Source: Nemertoderma westbladi (Eukaryota > Animalia > Xenacoelomorpha). Taken from it: a stretch of 64,000 bases of DNA. Below the pieces are notes generated by a model, which was given only the letters and a program-made list of their open reading frames with translations, was not told the origin of the DNA and made no database searches. The stretch covers positions 1 to 64,000 of the forward strand of contig JAUCBJ010002000.1 of assembly GCA_032718475.1 (NCBI GenBank). The letters run 5' to 3'. Shown piece by piece: positions 50,458 through 64,000 of the stretch. A program made the position numbers and the translations under genes. Positions within the stretch are counted from its first letter, which is position 1; every line of letters begins with the position of its first letter.

Positions 50458-52545
50458 TCAATTATAGTTTCTGACCGCATAGAGCAGTTGTTCACCATAT
50501 GATGGACGCCCATCTGGTACCTTGTATCTTGACCAGACATCTGCGAAGTCAGAATGTACAGCCTCAGAAGATTGTTCACTCCAAAAACCTAAAGCTGCAT
50601 TGTGACCCTCGCAGAACTGTGCAACATGACAAATTATGGCATGTACTTTTGGTGTTATGCTGATACCCAATGCAATATATGCCTCTTGAAAGAGGGCAAT
50701 GTGCTCCTTATAGCCCGGATAGAGAATGCGACTAAGCAAGTATGGACTAGATTGTTAAATGCTTCGAAAGCATCAACATACTTGAGAGTGCTAAGAGGGC
50801 AAATTGACCTTAGCGTGTCAACTTTCTTGAGAAGTTTATGGCAAGAATTTCCAGTGAAAGAACCTCCATGCAAAGCTTCCCTCCCTCTCAACATGAAGAG
50901 TTGTTGCCCACTCAGTAGCAGCCTGTGGACACTCTGATAAGAGGTGGTTATACATATGATTGACGGTGCCAAGTAGAATATGTAGTTCTGGAGGTGGTAT
51001 TATATCTAGGATTAATGTGGTTTGATTGCCCTTGAGCAAGGGTACATGAATGCAGTTATCAAAATCCTTAGCATTCTCTCTAGATTTCCCAGATCTGAAC
51101 CAATGCCAAAATAACATTTCAATGTTCCCCAGAGTTCGGAGCTCCCCAGAGTACAGCAGATCGGTCTTAGATATATCACACCATGTACATGGATGACATG
51201 ACCCATGAGCCATTAATCCCAATATGATGTTGGCCAGCTTGAGATCTGTAGCAATGGTCCAGGTAAGATCATGCATCGCAGTATTGATGTCAAGTGTGAG
51301 GAACACTTTCATTAAATTAAAGTAATTCTCTTGAGTTGAAGGAGTAAGAAATAATATAAATAACTTATTCACACCGGAGTCTTTTAATCGTTTTGCTGCA
51401 ATACCTTGACTGTATGTTGACCGTTTCTGCACATGAGAAGAATCACAAGAAGCTGCAGTATCATCCTCCACTTCACTGGACTTGATCCCTTTCACTGATG
51501 ATATATTCTGGATGTTCATACACACCTTGAGGAACCCTCCACCTCCATCGATTCCTATCTTTACATGTGTATCCTCATATAGGATACCACGGTCCTGTTT
51601 AACAAACTGGATAAGAGCTTTGATATCGGTGCAAAAGACTGCAGATTTGTCTACATTCGTGATTTTATCAGATTTTGAATCTTTACTGCTGAAAGATAAG
51701 ATGTTATCAATGAATAAATTATCTAAACGGTGGTTAAGCTGCTGCAGCTTCACACGCATTCCACTCTCAATGGAGTGACGATTCGCAGTAGCAGATCTGA
51801 TATTTGATGCAAGTTGTATGGTTTTATTCATACTGAGGCCCATGTCTACCTGAATTTGATTGATATCCTTGTAGTCTAACATTAGACTATGCTTTACCCT
51901 TTTATTCTGTGGCTGCAACGAAACTGGAATTGGACGTCCAGTTGTTGTTGCCAAGGGGATACTTTCGATATCACTAGATTTAGTAAAAGGATTCACTGTG
52001 GCTGATGAGGAAGATGAACTTGATCCTGTGTTTAAATCATTGATCTTGTTACGAATAACCAAAGAGGCGACCTCCTTGCATTTTGGAGTACCAGCAACAG
52101 CTAGTTTATGAATGTTTTCAGCCCGTGTACCCTTAGTGAAGCTAACCTCTCCCCAGAACTGTTACACATTTGCTACACACCAACATATGTTGGGGTTTTG
52201 ATATTGAACTTACAAATTCAGTTGTTGGATCTTGTGGAGAATCATAGTGTAATTGTCCTGGTTTCTTCCTTGTCGGCATAACCTTAGCTGTAAAGTTGGT
52301 ATTTGTTGATCTCCTAGCAACATCACAAACATTACATTCACAGCAAACCATCGACCTAGTTATTGGCTGCACATCCAGGATGGTGGAATGATCGTAGACA
52401 AATCATTACGATCATATTCTTTCATGAAGTGCTGTTGAATTAGGACTTTCAATTTGTCATTTATCTTTGCCATTTTCTTCGTTTTCCCCATGCAGAGGAT
52501 ACAAACAGCGAACCTAGATTCATTGTGAGTTTTAGAATGAGCATT
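50458..52545 (-). pseudogene. Chapaev-like DDE transposase (frameshifted)
   Basis: N-terminal H-x7-C-x2-C (HNESRFAVCILC), CECNVC and CSKC. Core GIDGGG, ATDLKLANIILGL..HPCTWC, PPPELHILLG, TPKVHAIICHV and SEQSSEAVHSDF. Confidence 0.85.
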
Positions 52546-52814
52546 TTCCTTAACTACCTACGGAAGCCCACAACGCCCACCACTAAAAAAGCAAGTTACC
52601 ATATTATATATGCTAAAACCTAAGCTACGAAATTTCACTACCCAAAGAACAATAAAAACCATTGCCGAAAAACAATAAATTAGTCTGGAAAAACAGCTCG
52701 TTTGCAAGCCACCCTTCCATTATATATTGTAAACACCGCCAGGTCCGCAATGCCAGCCATGACAGTTGGAAAATTAATCACCATATAGGAATAAATATTG
52801 ACCAAGAATAACAA

Positions 52815-52950
52815 AAAATGTTGATATTATTATTCAATTAGTAATGTATGGTTATAATGTAGTGTAGGAGTATAATTATCAAAAAATGTTGATATTATTA
52901 TTCAATTAGTAATGTATGGTTATAATGTAGTGTAGGAGTATAATTATCAA
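52815..52950. repeat. Tandem duplication of ~68 bp inside the transposon
   Basis: aaaatgttgatattattattcaattagtaatgtatggttataatgtagtgtaggagtataattatcaa occurs twice. Confidence 0.9.
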
Positions 52951-53452
52951 TGAGTCAGACTAAATAATTTGCAGTTAGATCAGATTGAGCAATTGATAAG
53001 CAATATGTTGATGTAAATGAGTTTTAAAAAATTTGATTTTAAATAATTATTTTAAAATTTATTAAGCAAATTTGTTTTCACTTAGCCATTTTTAGGCTCA
53101 GTTTGGCATTACAAAAATTATGCAATTCTAAAAAAGGGTGTTCTAATTTGTTTCAGACTTACACATTTTTTAAGTTTGAAATTTTTGGACATTTTTGCAA
53201 TTTGTCACATTAAAAATGAAGATGTCGACCGATTTTTTTTTCATTTTTTTTTGTAGTCAGTGGGTGCATACAAACTCAAAATATATATCAAATTGGGTGT
53301 TCAATACTTTTGAACTAAAAGTTAGTTCAGACCCACTGTGCCCTACCCTCTAAAATCTAAAAATTTTAACGAAAACGTCTGATTTTTTTGTTTGGCGATT
53401 TCTTTCACTAGTCTAAAATCAAAACTAAAAAACTCATAAATCCGCATAATGC

Positions 53453-53736
53453 AAAAAAGTAAAAAGTAAAGTAAATTTTCTTCGGCCGCTAGGCCAGGGA
53501 TTACGCACAAAGTCTTACGACTTATTTCCAGTGCGGTCCCCCCAGAACTTTACTCCCCAGAGGAAACTCTAGTACTCATTTAGCTACCACTTAAGGATGC
53601 AAGGCAGAGATGCGCCCTGGCTGGTCCCTTTAAAGCATTCGTGCCGAAACGAAAACTGCCCTGGCCCATGTGAGGATCGAACCCACGACTTACAAGAGAT
53701 GTGAATTCAATGCAACCACTACACCAAGGTGGAACC
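53453..53736 (-). mobile_element. tRNA-derived SINE with Meta/Sauria-like central domain
   Basis: A box TGGTGTAGTGG (53726-53716), B box GGTTCGATCC (53683-53674), central gccttgcatccttaagtggtagctaaatgagtactag, and a (TTTAC)n tail. Confidence 0.8.
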
Positions 53737-54630
53737 TTGGTGAAACAAAATGATCCTATATATTGATCAATTTTCTTATATTTATTTCAAAATTTGGTGC
53801 TGGCACAAAAATATTCTCACACTGCAGAAAAATACAAGTTTGATAACTCTTATGTAATTTTTATTTATTCCATTGAATTCAGAACACTCGCAAATCCGTA
53901 TAACTTAAGTAACAAAATTTGGTCAAAATTTGGTGCTACCACCAAATTTTGGACCCGCCGAAAAAAGTTTGCAATTTCTAGCATATTTTATATGTTTTCC
54001 ATCTAATTGCGAACACCAAAAAACTGGCGTAACTCAAAAATATAGAGGTTACGAATCATATTTCATGATATGTAATTTTCAAAAAACGTCTCAAAAAGTG
54101 CCAAAAGTAGGGTTTAAAAATGGTGATATAACTCGAAAAGTTCCCAATAATTTTAAAACCCGTTTTCATATTGATGCCCCCCCCCCCCCGGGTTTAATAT
54201 GGTTAAATATTATTAAACTTTTTATGGGACGCTGGATTGTAAGTAATTTTATTGTACAACAATAAAATAAAATATACTGTCTCTAGTCTAATATTCCCTA
54301 ATCGGGAATACTCAATGAATGGTGCTATCTTGTGGGCCCTTTACAACCCCCGGCAGTGCTATGCGTATTGAGTTCAATTAGGGGAAATTATGTTGTCCCA
54401 TCTTGCATAATAGCCATGTAGCTATTGTTATTGCAGTGGTATGTGGCGCCTTAGTTATTCTTCCTCATCCTGAACCTTGATGATGGCCAAAGTAATTGCC
54501 CTCTTCAATTTTTCCAAATATGTCATATTCGTCACAGGCAGGAATAGGCGTCTGTAGAATTCCCTCTTTATTGTCTTCATGCGATATGACTCATATATAC
54601 GTATACGATGTATAAGTATCATATGTATTT

Positions 54631-54830
54631 TATAATGTAAAAGGACAATATGATAGTGGTCCCCATAGCGAAAATAGCATCCGAACCGATTGGGACTCGA
54701 ACCTGGTACCTAGGTTTCAAACTTCCGGTTATCGTCGGTTCGTTGATATTTATCGCTATGGGGAGCATTATCATATTGTCCTATTACATTATAATATACT
54801 TAATTCACCGTCACTCACCCCACAACAATT
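54631..54830. mobile_element. Small palindromic non-autonomous element (internally deleted relative at ~40365-40465)
   Basis: ~45-bp inverted arms tataatgtaa.aggacaatatgata...ccccatagcga, with a B-box-like ggttcgagtcc in the spacer on the minus strand. Confidence 0.65.
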
Positions 54831-54936
54831 AATTTATTATTATACATCTCATATGTATGACACGTGTATAAATAAAGTATAATAAATCATAAATACAATT
54901 AATAATAAGTAATCTAAAGTATAGAGGGCAAATCTA

Positions 54937-55043
54937 TGCACCAAGTTGTGCAAGTGTCACCTGCACCAAGTTGTGCAAGTGTCGTCACCTGCACCAAGTT
55001 GTGCAAGTGTCGTCACCTGCACCAAGTTGTGCAAGTATCACCA
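54937..55043. repeat. Minisatellite, 4 copies of 25-28 bp
   Basis: tgcaccaagttgtgcaagtgt(cgt)cacc repeated four times. Confidence 0.92.
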
Positions 55044-56934
55044 ATAATAATACAACAGGTGTTGCACGAGGGACCTGACATGCAATCACTACTCCAGTAG
55101 TGCAAAAGACTTTCGAAGTTAATTCGTAGATTATTTAATGTCACCATTTGCATATGCATAGCCTACCGGTGCGGTGTTGAGCCACACTTTGTTTCCTCCC
55201 ACCCTAGAGGAGTGATAGAGCCCTGTAATAATTCCACTTGCTAGGCCTTTGTTCTGCCCCAGATCCACTTTTCATCATCTAATCTATTTGCTTCATTGGG
55301 TTGGTTCCAAGTATGTAGAATTTATATATAAAATGACAATAATAAAAAGCATACGATAATATGTCTGAAACAATGTCTACCATAAGTCATATTCGTTTAT
55401 TATGGCTCCTAAAAGATGAACACATTGTAGTCTCTATGATGACGTTTACACATAAACTACCAAATTTCAACATGCACAATGCAGTATTAGTCCTGTTTTA
55501 TCTACTTGAAAGTTGAAAGCTGGCTTCTCTAGCATTGACAACCATAACAATGAGAATTAACACCTATTTAACTAGAACGCCATCAAGATTGCTTTAAACG
55601 AACCTGTCTTACACAGACTCCAAGAAACAGATGGGATTGGAAGATGCAAACCAAGAATGAGTTGCATCAACCAAAAAACAGCCTCCCATCTAATGTAATA
55701 CACATTCGCCTAGGCAAACAAATCATAATCACAATTACTACGATGATGTGTGAAATGGTATCCATATCCGCAACCTGAGAAACGGCCCAAAAGAGCAGTC
55801 TATTCTGCGGAGGGGTCTTTTCTGTATTAGATAAATAAAATAAAGAACACTATAATTACAGTATTTATACCTGATACATTCTCAGTTAGCCTAATAAAAA
55901 CATCGGAGCAACCAATATAATGTACATGTACAAGCATCCTATGAAAGTTTGTGAAATGTTCCCTTAAGTCTACCCAACAGCCGTTGGTACCCGGCTGGCA
56001 GCCACCCTGGTTCAGTTTTATGGTTTTGTTAGTTTAATCGACAGCTGTTGTAAACGTCCCAGATATACAAAACCTACTAAGCCTTTGCATTACAATTGAG
56101 CTTAGCCTAAGTTGATGACAGTATTATAACGATGACAATTAGGCCCTATAGATACATACGATATATAAATGATGTACTGCTTGACATTACACTAACTGGC
56201 TGAATAGAGATAGAACTATAATAATACGTTTGGCATTCTGTCAGATTTCAGTAGTAAGTAACCTCATAATAATTGCTAAATATCAATCACCTGAAAAACA
56301 TTTCAAGCAAGGGAGTTGTGGGTATTTAATTTCGCGTTCAATAATGTTGAAAATATGCAAATATTTCGAATATCGCACTTCGAATCGTTCCCAACTTTTT
56401 TATTCAACAACTAGACAACAATTGATAAATACTTGCGTTTACAATTTTACAATGCATGCAAGTGGTTTCAAGCCATTTGGTGAACATACATAGTGAGTGA
56501 TATAGTGACATATATAGTGAGTGATATAGGTAAATATATCCATCGTGTTTTTGCCGGCCTCAGCTTTAGACAAAAACTACCCAGTCTAAAGACAGGTTCG
56601 TTATAACTAAATATTGTATAAACCATTTACAGCTGTGGTATGTTACAAAAATATTGCCAATAATTTTTTATGACCTGAAAGTTGAATGTTAATGTGTGAA
56701 CAGGAATGCAGTTATTTGAAAGTTGATTCCTTACTGGCAACATCATAGAGGCAAATAGTGATAAAATATTATATGCATAGTTAGGACCCCCCCCCTTCCC
56801 ACCCCCCACAAAAAATACCTAGCACAATTTTAAATGAACTCCCAAAAAATAAAGACCTGATTGTAGGAAATGGGGAATTACATTCATATTACACTATTAT
56901 TGGATACTAATTAATTATAGTTATTATATACAAA

Positions 56935-59900
56935 TTGGAGTAGCGAACTCCTTCAATAGAACAGTTTCAATATGTCTAAGAAAGGAGATTCCTTACGCAT
57001 CTGGCTCAACCGAAATTTGGCTAGGTGGGATAAATATTTCTCCATTTGACGCAACATCGCCGCGGCCGCTATGAGGGAGGTGAATACCGCGGCCGCTCCT
57101 AAAGCCGCAGGCCATCTCTAACTATATAGGTTAACTTGGGATTCTGGGGGACTTTTCGATGAAGGAACTGACCAAATTTTTTTATTTTCTCACCAGGGGA
57201 GCGGCTCGGAATTCTAAGATATTAGCAACTCTAACATTATTAAATCTAACCCTTCGACGGACACGGCGGACAAAAAACCGTCATTTTTTTGACAATTTTA
57301 AAAGTATTTTGAAAGGCGCTCTACAGTGGCTCGAAAAAACCCTAGGTTATTGCTTAGCCGACGCCGGGCTACGATAGAAGGGATTAATTAGTGAATTCGT
57401 TTTTTTTTTCAAAAAAGATTACCACGCCTTTTTTCCGAAAATGTCCGTCAAAGTTGAAAAAACGGACAAAATGACTTTGCGGGATCCGTTATAACTCGGC
57501 TAATATTAATCGTACGGGGACGAAAGTAACGCGGTTGGAAAGGGGAAGAGTGGTACTACCTTCGTATCGAATGGGGGTAAGATATTTATTAAAATTTCGG
57601 GTGGAAAAAGGGGCTGTAAATTTGTACGTTTTTGCCCGTCTTTTTGGAAAACTTATTTCCGAAATGTTTAATTCGACAACGCGGGTAGGAATCCACTAAT
57701 TCTTTTATGAAACTCGTAGAAGACCATTGGGGCTACGTTCCTATCGAATGGGGGTACAAAAAATATGTCGGCAATAGGGGCCAAAAAGGGCCAGAATTTG
57801 TAAAGTAGTTTTTGTCGAATAATTTTTTATTTTTAACTTTAGTTGGTTAAGGTACATTCTATACAGTCAATATCCATACGGGGAATTCAAATATGCTATC
57901 GGTTTTGCTCCAAGGATGATATTAAAAAAATGAGGGCCAAAATTATAATTTCGCGCTTCAAACTTGCTTCGCGGGAAATCGTCTAGCTCGAAAACTACTT
58001 AACTTACGGGAGATTTGTTTACACAGACTTATAGTGCGTTAAATTATCTATCTAACAGCGTTAATCACAGCGCCGGAGGTATTATAAAACTGGAGCGGCA
58101 GGCGATCGTGTGAAATATAATATTTATAAAAAGGCACGAAAAATTTTTTTTTTAACAAATCGCTATTCCATTATAATTTAGCGTATTGCGCCAAAAGTAC
58201 CTGTAAAAAGTATCAAATTAACTCCGCTATCTTTTATCTTAACATATATAATTAAAATTACGAATTTTAAGGGTCGAAAAATATCGCGTTATTTTGGACC
58301 TTTTTTTTAATTTTTTTGGGGCCAAAAATAACCCCTTCTCAAAAGATTAAGAAAAAAATTACGGCAAAGAATATACCAATTTTATTGAATTTGGACCACC
58401 AGAACCGAAGTTAGAGCGATTTTAGTGAAAAAATAAAAATAATTTTTTTTGCAAAAAAATTAAGAATGGTCAGGTCAATATTGGATTTCGAACCCGCGAA
58501 CTTAGGTTTCATTAACGTGATTGATAACCACTAGACTATGTGACCAAGAGAATTTGAAATTTTCGAGTGACTATTTTTAAACATAAATAACTTCGGTTCT
58601 ACGGGGCCGTTAAATCTGAAACTTTTTTCATTGGATAGAGGATAGATTGTAGTGTGTGAAATAGGATAAAACTTGGGAAAAGACTTACGTGCACTTAGTG
58701 CAAAATGCACTTAAATAGTGAACATTTTTTCGATATTTCAAACACTGTTATTTCCAGTTCTATTCATCGTAGAATGTTATTTTTTGGATTAAAATGTAGT
58801 TTGGAATGATTTCTAACTATAATCGTAACATTTGTTTAACTTTTTATGTCTATAAAGTGACTTAAAAATGTCCATGAATATGGTCCAAAATCGCAAATCC
58901 AGATTTATTAAATAGGATTTTTGACACTTTTAGCGACTGACACTTGATCATACACCATCGTAGATCGGTAAAGGATAAACATAAGTTAAATAAGAGCCAC
59001 CATTACGATCTGCTAAAGTGCATTTGTACAAATAAGTGTGCAAAAGTGCAAATTTTTTAATAAGGTCAAATTATATAGTATTGGGTTCTTTTCTTTGCAG
59101 ATACTTTATTTTCATATTAATCTTACTGAGCGCATTAGGGGATATGCGTACAAATAACCGGCCCTTATGAGGCTTCGATTGGGTAAATTAATAAAACATA
59201 AGGTTGTATAGTATAATATTCTATAAACCAGTGTGATATTAAATGCACTTTAAATAATAAATAGAAATCAAATAACAATTGGACCACACAATTAAAAACT
59301 CGCACAATTTTGTACTTATTCTATCGCTTCAAATTAATTCAACAGTGGATATTTGTGGGAAGGGGGAAGTTACAGTGTGCATTCGGGGGAAGTTTGGTGA
59401 ACTGCATTTATGCAGTGAATCCAAACTCCCCCCTTTGATATATCATATACTTAAGACATGCTAGGGTGACGGGGAAATATTTGTTACTGTCACACTTTGC
59501 TTCCATTTATCCTATCCTTTATTATTACCCCTGTCAGATAAGAGATAATAAATCAGTAAAAACTAAATTAAACTGTCTTTCATGCAAACAAATTTCTAAC
59601 TAAAGACGGGTGAATGACCATGACCATGGAAATAATTTTAAATATAATTGTATATCAACTATTTGGGGAGGCTTCCAAGTTAAACCCGAAAACAATTATT
59701 TTGTTACATATATAGTAAATAACGTTGTATGTTCTTCTTCCTCTCATAATAAAATATAAATGAAATATCTCAGATAGCTATGCCCTGTAACATTTCACAA
59801 CCAAAATATTTAAGTGTGAAAAGTGTAGGCCTACCACACTCCGCCCAAACAACCGCAAACGCATAGCCAACAAATTTAACAAAAGGTTACATACATGTTG

Positions 59901-60345
59901 GGTTCATGACGAGATGAGTGAAAATTGATCGCGTAATATAAAGTAAAAAATTAAGAGACGGGCTGACTCTCCTCCACTTTCTTACCCAATGGATATGTTG
60001 TTGTAATAATCTAATATTGGGGCGGCGTTCTCTCGGTGACCATTGATGTTTATTGTGGTTAACTCTCTTTACGTGCTAGGATATGGATAATCAATGAGTT
60101 TAGTACGGTGACGATTATGTAGTATAGTGTTCAGTAACTGATAATATCCCGAATATTAAATGTTTTATGCAAATACATTAAGATAAATTGGTGTTAGGCT
60201 GGACACATGCGCCATATTCGCACACTAATTAACAATACATTAATTATATATCATTGCATATTACATGTACATATATAAATAGGTGTAGTTACTACTAGAA
60301 AATTAACATAACTTCATTCAATTCAAAGTATAGTTCTGCTCCATC
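56935..60345 (+). mobile_element. Large non-coding, CpG-rich repeat, possibly Helentron-associated
   Basis: Imperfect subterminal inverted pair tggagtagcgaac / gttctgctcca, internal subrepeats (tatcgaatgggggta twice), an embedded tRNA-like piece, and no ORF. Boundaries are uncertain. Confidence 0.4.
58480..58546 (-). repeat. Degenerate tRNA-like sequence
   Basis: Minus strand ggtcacaTAGTCTAGTGGttatc...gcgGGTTCGAAATCC has A and B boxes but no intact cloverleaf. Confidence 0.5.
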
Positions 60346-60914
60346 TTATAAATTTGGTTATAGGTTCTGTTAAGTTCTGCCTGACAACTACAATATTACC
60401 GAATGTTAGTAAGTTGCAAAATTATTTTATTGTATTGTTATATTCAATGAATAAAATTTAGGCTATGCACTGCTGCATAAGCTCATAGTGTGTGACAATG
60501 CCCGAGTCAATGATGAAGATGTAACTATGTACATATACATTTTATAAATCCTACTGTAATTACGGTACACAGATATACTGTAAATTATTAATAAACAAAT
60601 AACTCTAATAACTAATAAAACCGAAGTACTATGTCAATCATAACAAATTACTGTAATGAATTTCTCGTGCCTTTGGCACGATAAACTCCTAAAACGGCTA
60701 TGTATCTCTAAGATCCAAAAAATGTTCCTTCCCTTATTGTTTTGGTTTCTCGGTGACAAGACTGACTTGAAAATAGCTCGCAATAATACACGGTCCTTCA
60801 ATGACTTGTTATTTACTTACATCCACAACCCTTTCAATATAGTACTAAAACACAGTGATTTCTGTTCTCGCCAGATGTTATATTGCTTCCTTCTGGTATA
60901 AAAATTGCGTACTC

Positions 60915-62492
60915 TCACCCCTGGTTTTAAAAACTTTTAGTGTCATGAAAAATACCGTAAAATCTGTGACTGCCAGCTCTTATATAATGGTCTGCATAGC
61001 TAAAAAAAATATTTTTTAAAATATTTTATCGAGCTCCTTTTTTTTAGCACCTAAAAATGTGTTCTAGAACATTTCTTCGGTGGTGTGCGGAGTTGTCGAA
61101 TTTAGGTATCCTGAATACTGATTCCTTATATTAGCCATTATATGCGAAATTCGCTCAGGATTTCAAATCTGCAAACAGTTTCATCATATCTTGTTTAGTT
61201 TTCGAGATATCGTGAAAAATGTGATGCGCACCCAAAAAGTGCGTGCGGCGCCAAATTTTCAATTTTCAGTAAATTGAAATATTCACTAAAAAATGAAAAT
61301 TATCGATTTCTATAGGTTTTTTGCGATGCTGAATGCAATGGTAATATTTTCCAGAAGGCTGGGTGAATTGTCATACTACTTTTCATTGGGTGCTGAAATT
61401 TGGAAAATGAAAATCAAATTTTCAACCATTGGAAATTTTCAATATAAAGCTCTGATTTACGATTTATTAAGATTCTGTGTGTTGCTGAATGTAACAGTAA
61501 TGTTTTTTCAATAAGAGGTTTACTGTGTATACAATTTTTACTAAACTGTCTAAAAAATGTGATGAGATATATTTAATTTCTAATTCATAAGTTTGTAATA
61601 TTGTCATCCTACTTATATATTCTAAAATATTTCAAAACACAATACTTCGATTAATTATCTTTATGTATTATTATTAAACTTTTATGAATATTTATATAAC
61701 TTTTACAAAGTTTTGAATAACTTTTAGCACTTTTCTATGACTTTTTTCGGATTTTTCTATAACTTTTAGACAATTTTATACCGCTTTTAATACATGTTTT
61801 GGAAATTATTATATAACTTTTGGTAATTTTTATACAGCTTTTGCTAACGAATATGATGCTTTGGGAAACATTATATACATAGTAAACCAGTTATCCAGAA
61901 AATAATACTGTATCATTCAAAACCATACAAAACCTGAAAAAATAGCTAATCATAGGTTTAAACGGGATATTACCAAACTTATAAAATTTGTCATTTTTGT
62001 TTTTAAAATTTCAGCACCCAATGAAAAGTAGCACAACAATTCACTCAGACTTTTGGAAAATATTACCATTGCATTCAGCATGGCAGAAAACCTATAGAAA
62101 TCGATAATTTTCATTTTTTAGTGAATATTTCAATTTACTGAAAATTGAAAATTTGGCACCGCACGCACTTTTTGGGTGCGCATCACATTTTTCACGATAT
62201 CTCGAAAACTAAACAAGATATGATGAAACTGTTTGCAGATTTGAAATCCTGAGCGAATTTCGCATATAATGGCTAATATAAGGAATCAGTATTCAAGTTA
62301 CCTAAATTCGACAACTCCGCACACCACCGAAAAAATGTTCTAGAACACATTTTTAGGTGCTAAAAAAAAGGAGCTCGATAAAATATTTTAAAAAATATTT
62401 TTTTTTGCTATGCAGACCATTATATAGGAGCTGGCAGTCACAGATTTTGCGGTATTTTTCATGACACTAAAAGTTTTTAAAACCAGGGGTGA
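60915..62492. mobile_element. Non-autonomous foldback element with ~500-bp near-identical TIRs
   Basis: 60915-61415 is the reverse complement of ~61985-62492. A possible 3-bp TSD CTC flanks it. No internal ORF. Confidence 0.92.
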
Positions 62493-63499
62493 CTCTATGT
62501 AACACCTATGAAAAACCTTTACGAAGACGGAAAAAGAGAAACCGGGAGAGGGGTGCTTTGGGTCCGGATCCAAAACATAGCCTCGAAAAATAATACAATC
62601 CAAAAAATTGTAACCGAAAAATAGTACATAAAATACAGTATTTTAGTCGTTTCGTTATGCTATAATACTCTGGAAAAATATAGTCAAAATCCACAAAAGG
62701 GATACTGAAAAAGTCAAATCATGTCTTAAAAGGTATGAAAAGGTCTGAAAAAATCTTATAAGTCTGATAAAATTGTCATTGTCCCACCTTGCTATGTGTT
62801 CTTGGTTGTATTAAATTCTATTTTTGCAGTATATTTTGAGGTTTATTTTTTTAGTTCGTAATAATTGACAGAATAATTTCTTTCTGTGATTATTTTTTCT
62901 ATTTTAATATGTATATGATATTACAAATGTTTTCAAATTTGGAATCTTGAAAAAAAAGGACTATCCTCTAGCACTATTCTTGTAGTGTTGTTGCTTTAGT
63001 GAAGGGTGTTAGTTGCTAAGTTACATGTTGAATCGGCGTGACCCATTAGAATCATATAATCTTGCGATAAATTATAAATTATATTCAATTTGAAAGAAAA
63101 ATAAAATTTCAAAATGAATTTGATTTGATTACACTTTTGTTTTCGCTTTTGATTTCACTTTCACTTTTAAAATGATTTTCTTCCTGTGGCCTATTAGAGA
63201 CAAAAACGGCAGTAAAATGCCCTTGGGAATTCACTGACAACCTGTTATTGAATGATAAATTGAGTCAATCATTTGACAATACTTATTGCAAACATTGGGT
63301 TTTTTGAATTTATCTATACTGCGTTTGGCGCAGTTTCCTACACAAAAGTATAGTTTGCTAGTAGCTATTTCAGGGTCAAGAGTTTCTAGTTGGCACCTTG
63401 CAAGTCTACAGCTTTCCATTACTAGGACAGTAACTAAAGTGAACAAGACGTTTCAGCCTTCACTAATATCTAATTTTTCCCCGAATTCTGCAGAAACTG

Positions 63500-64000
63500 C
63501 AGAATCCAGCTGAGATCCAGCTTCACACTACAGCTGAGCAACAGGTATGAGGCTCTTGCCTCTGAGGCGGCAGATCACTGTGAGGGCTATACTGCCTTTA
63601 CAGAAGCAGTTAAGTTAGCAGCTGCAGAAACAGTTCCTGTATACCCTCGAAACAGGAAAAGGGCCCCCTGGACTGACAACAAAATTCAGAAGTGCCGAAA
63701 TGACCTTCATAAGGCGCAGAAAGAGTCCCGACTCAAACAGACTACAGCGGCCAAGAATGCAGTTAAGGCTGCATCTAGGTCCCTGAACAGGCAGTACTCT
63801 GTTAATCTACAGGAGCTAATAAACCAACAGGTTGATGCCATCAATGATGCTGACGACAGCAGGCAATCATCCCAGGCATGGAAATCAATCAATCTGCTTA
63901 CTGGGCGGAAAAGCCAACCAACCACCAAGGTTAAGGCTGAATCACCAGCCGATCGCCTCAATGGTTGGAAAGCCCACTTTGAAAAGCTCCTCAATAATGA
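63500..64000 (+). mobile_element. RTE-like LINE ORF, EN-RT linker, open to the window end
   Basis: FTLQLSNRYEAL...KRAPW...AWKSINLLTGRK...WKAHFEKLLN with no stop codons. Confidence 0.85.

Larger units (their letters stand above)
49900..53340 (-). mobile_element. Chapaev-like (CMC/Transib-related) DNA transposon with long inverted repeats; one end truncated
   Basis: 49905-50222 is inverted relative to 52974-53256. The right terminus reads CACAGTGGG on the minus strand from 53340. Transposase lies inside. Confidence 0.8.

Noticed and set aside
53300-53340. Bona fide RSS or ProtoRAG transposon
   Set aside because: The heptamer is present, but there is no ACAAAAACC nonamer at 12 or 23 bp, no RAG2-like ORF, and the core motifs fit Chapaev better.
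55690-55775. Signal-peptide-like MDTISHIIVVIVIMICLP on the minus strand
   Set aside because: A stop follows shortly, and no convincing donor or downstream exon was found.

Overview
AT-rich eukaryotic DNA, most likely from an invertebrate (inferred from the element families and ShKT domains), and dominated by decayed and nested transposable elements. Two host genes can be read. (1) A complete five-exon minus-strand gene (33339-30322), missed by the ORF track, encoding a 205-aa secreted protein: signal peptide plus four acidic ShKT domains, one per phase-1 exon. (2) The first coding exon (TM1-TM3, intron inside the DRY arginine codon) of a rhodopsin-class GPCR (3322-2937). There is also a decayed PWWP-domain reading frame and a possible terminal exon of a third gene. 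Mobile DNA includes RTE-like LINEs with (TAG)n tails, two CRE-type restriction-like-endonuclease retrotransposons, CR1/L2-like, RTEX-like and Penelope fragments, tRNA-derived SINE-like modules, two hAT elements with exact 8-bp TSDs, Sola-like and pogo-like transposase remnants, a Chapaev/Transib-related transposon ending in CACAGTG, Helentron-associated elements, several foldback elements and a 1.5-kb hexamer satellite. Family assignments come from recalled motifs, not database searches. Most boundaries other than exons, TIRs and TSDs are approximate.
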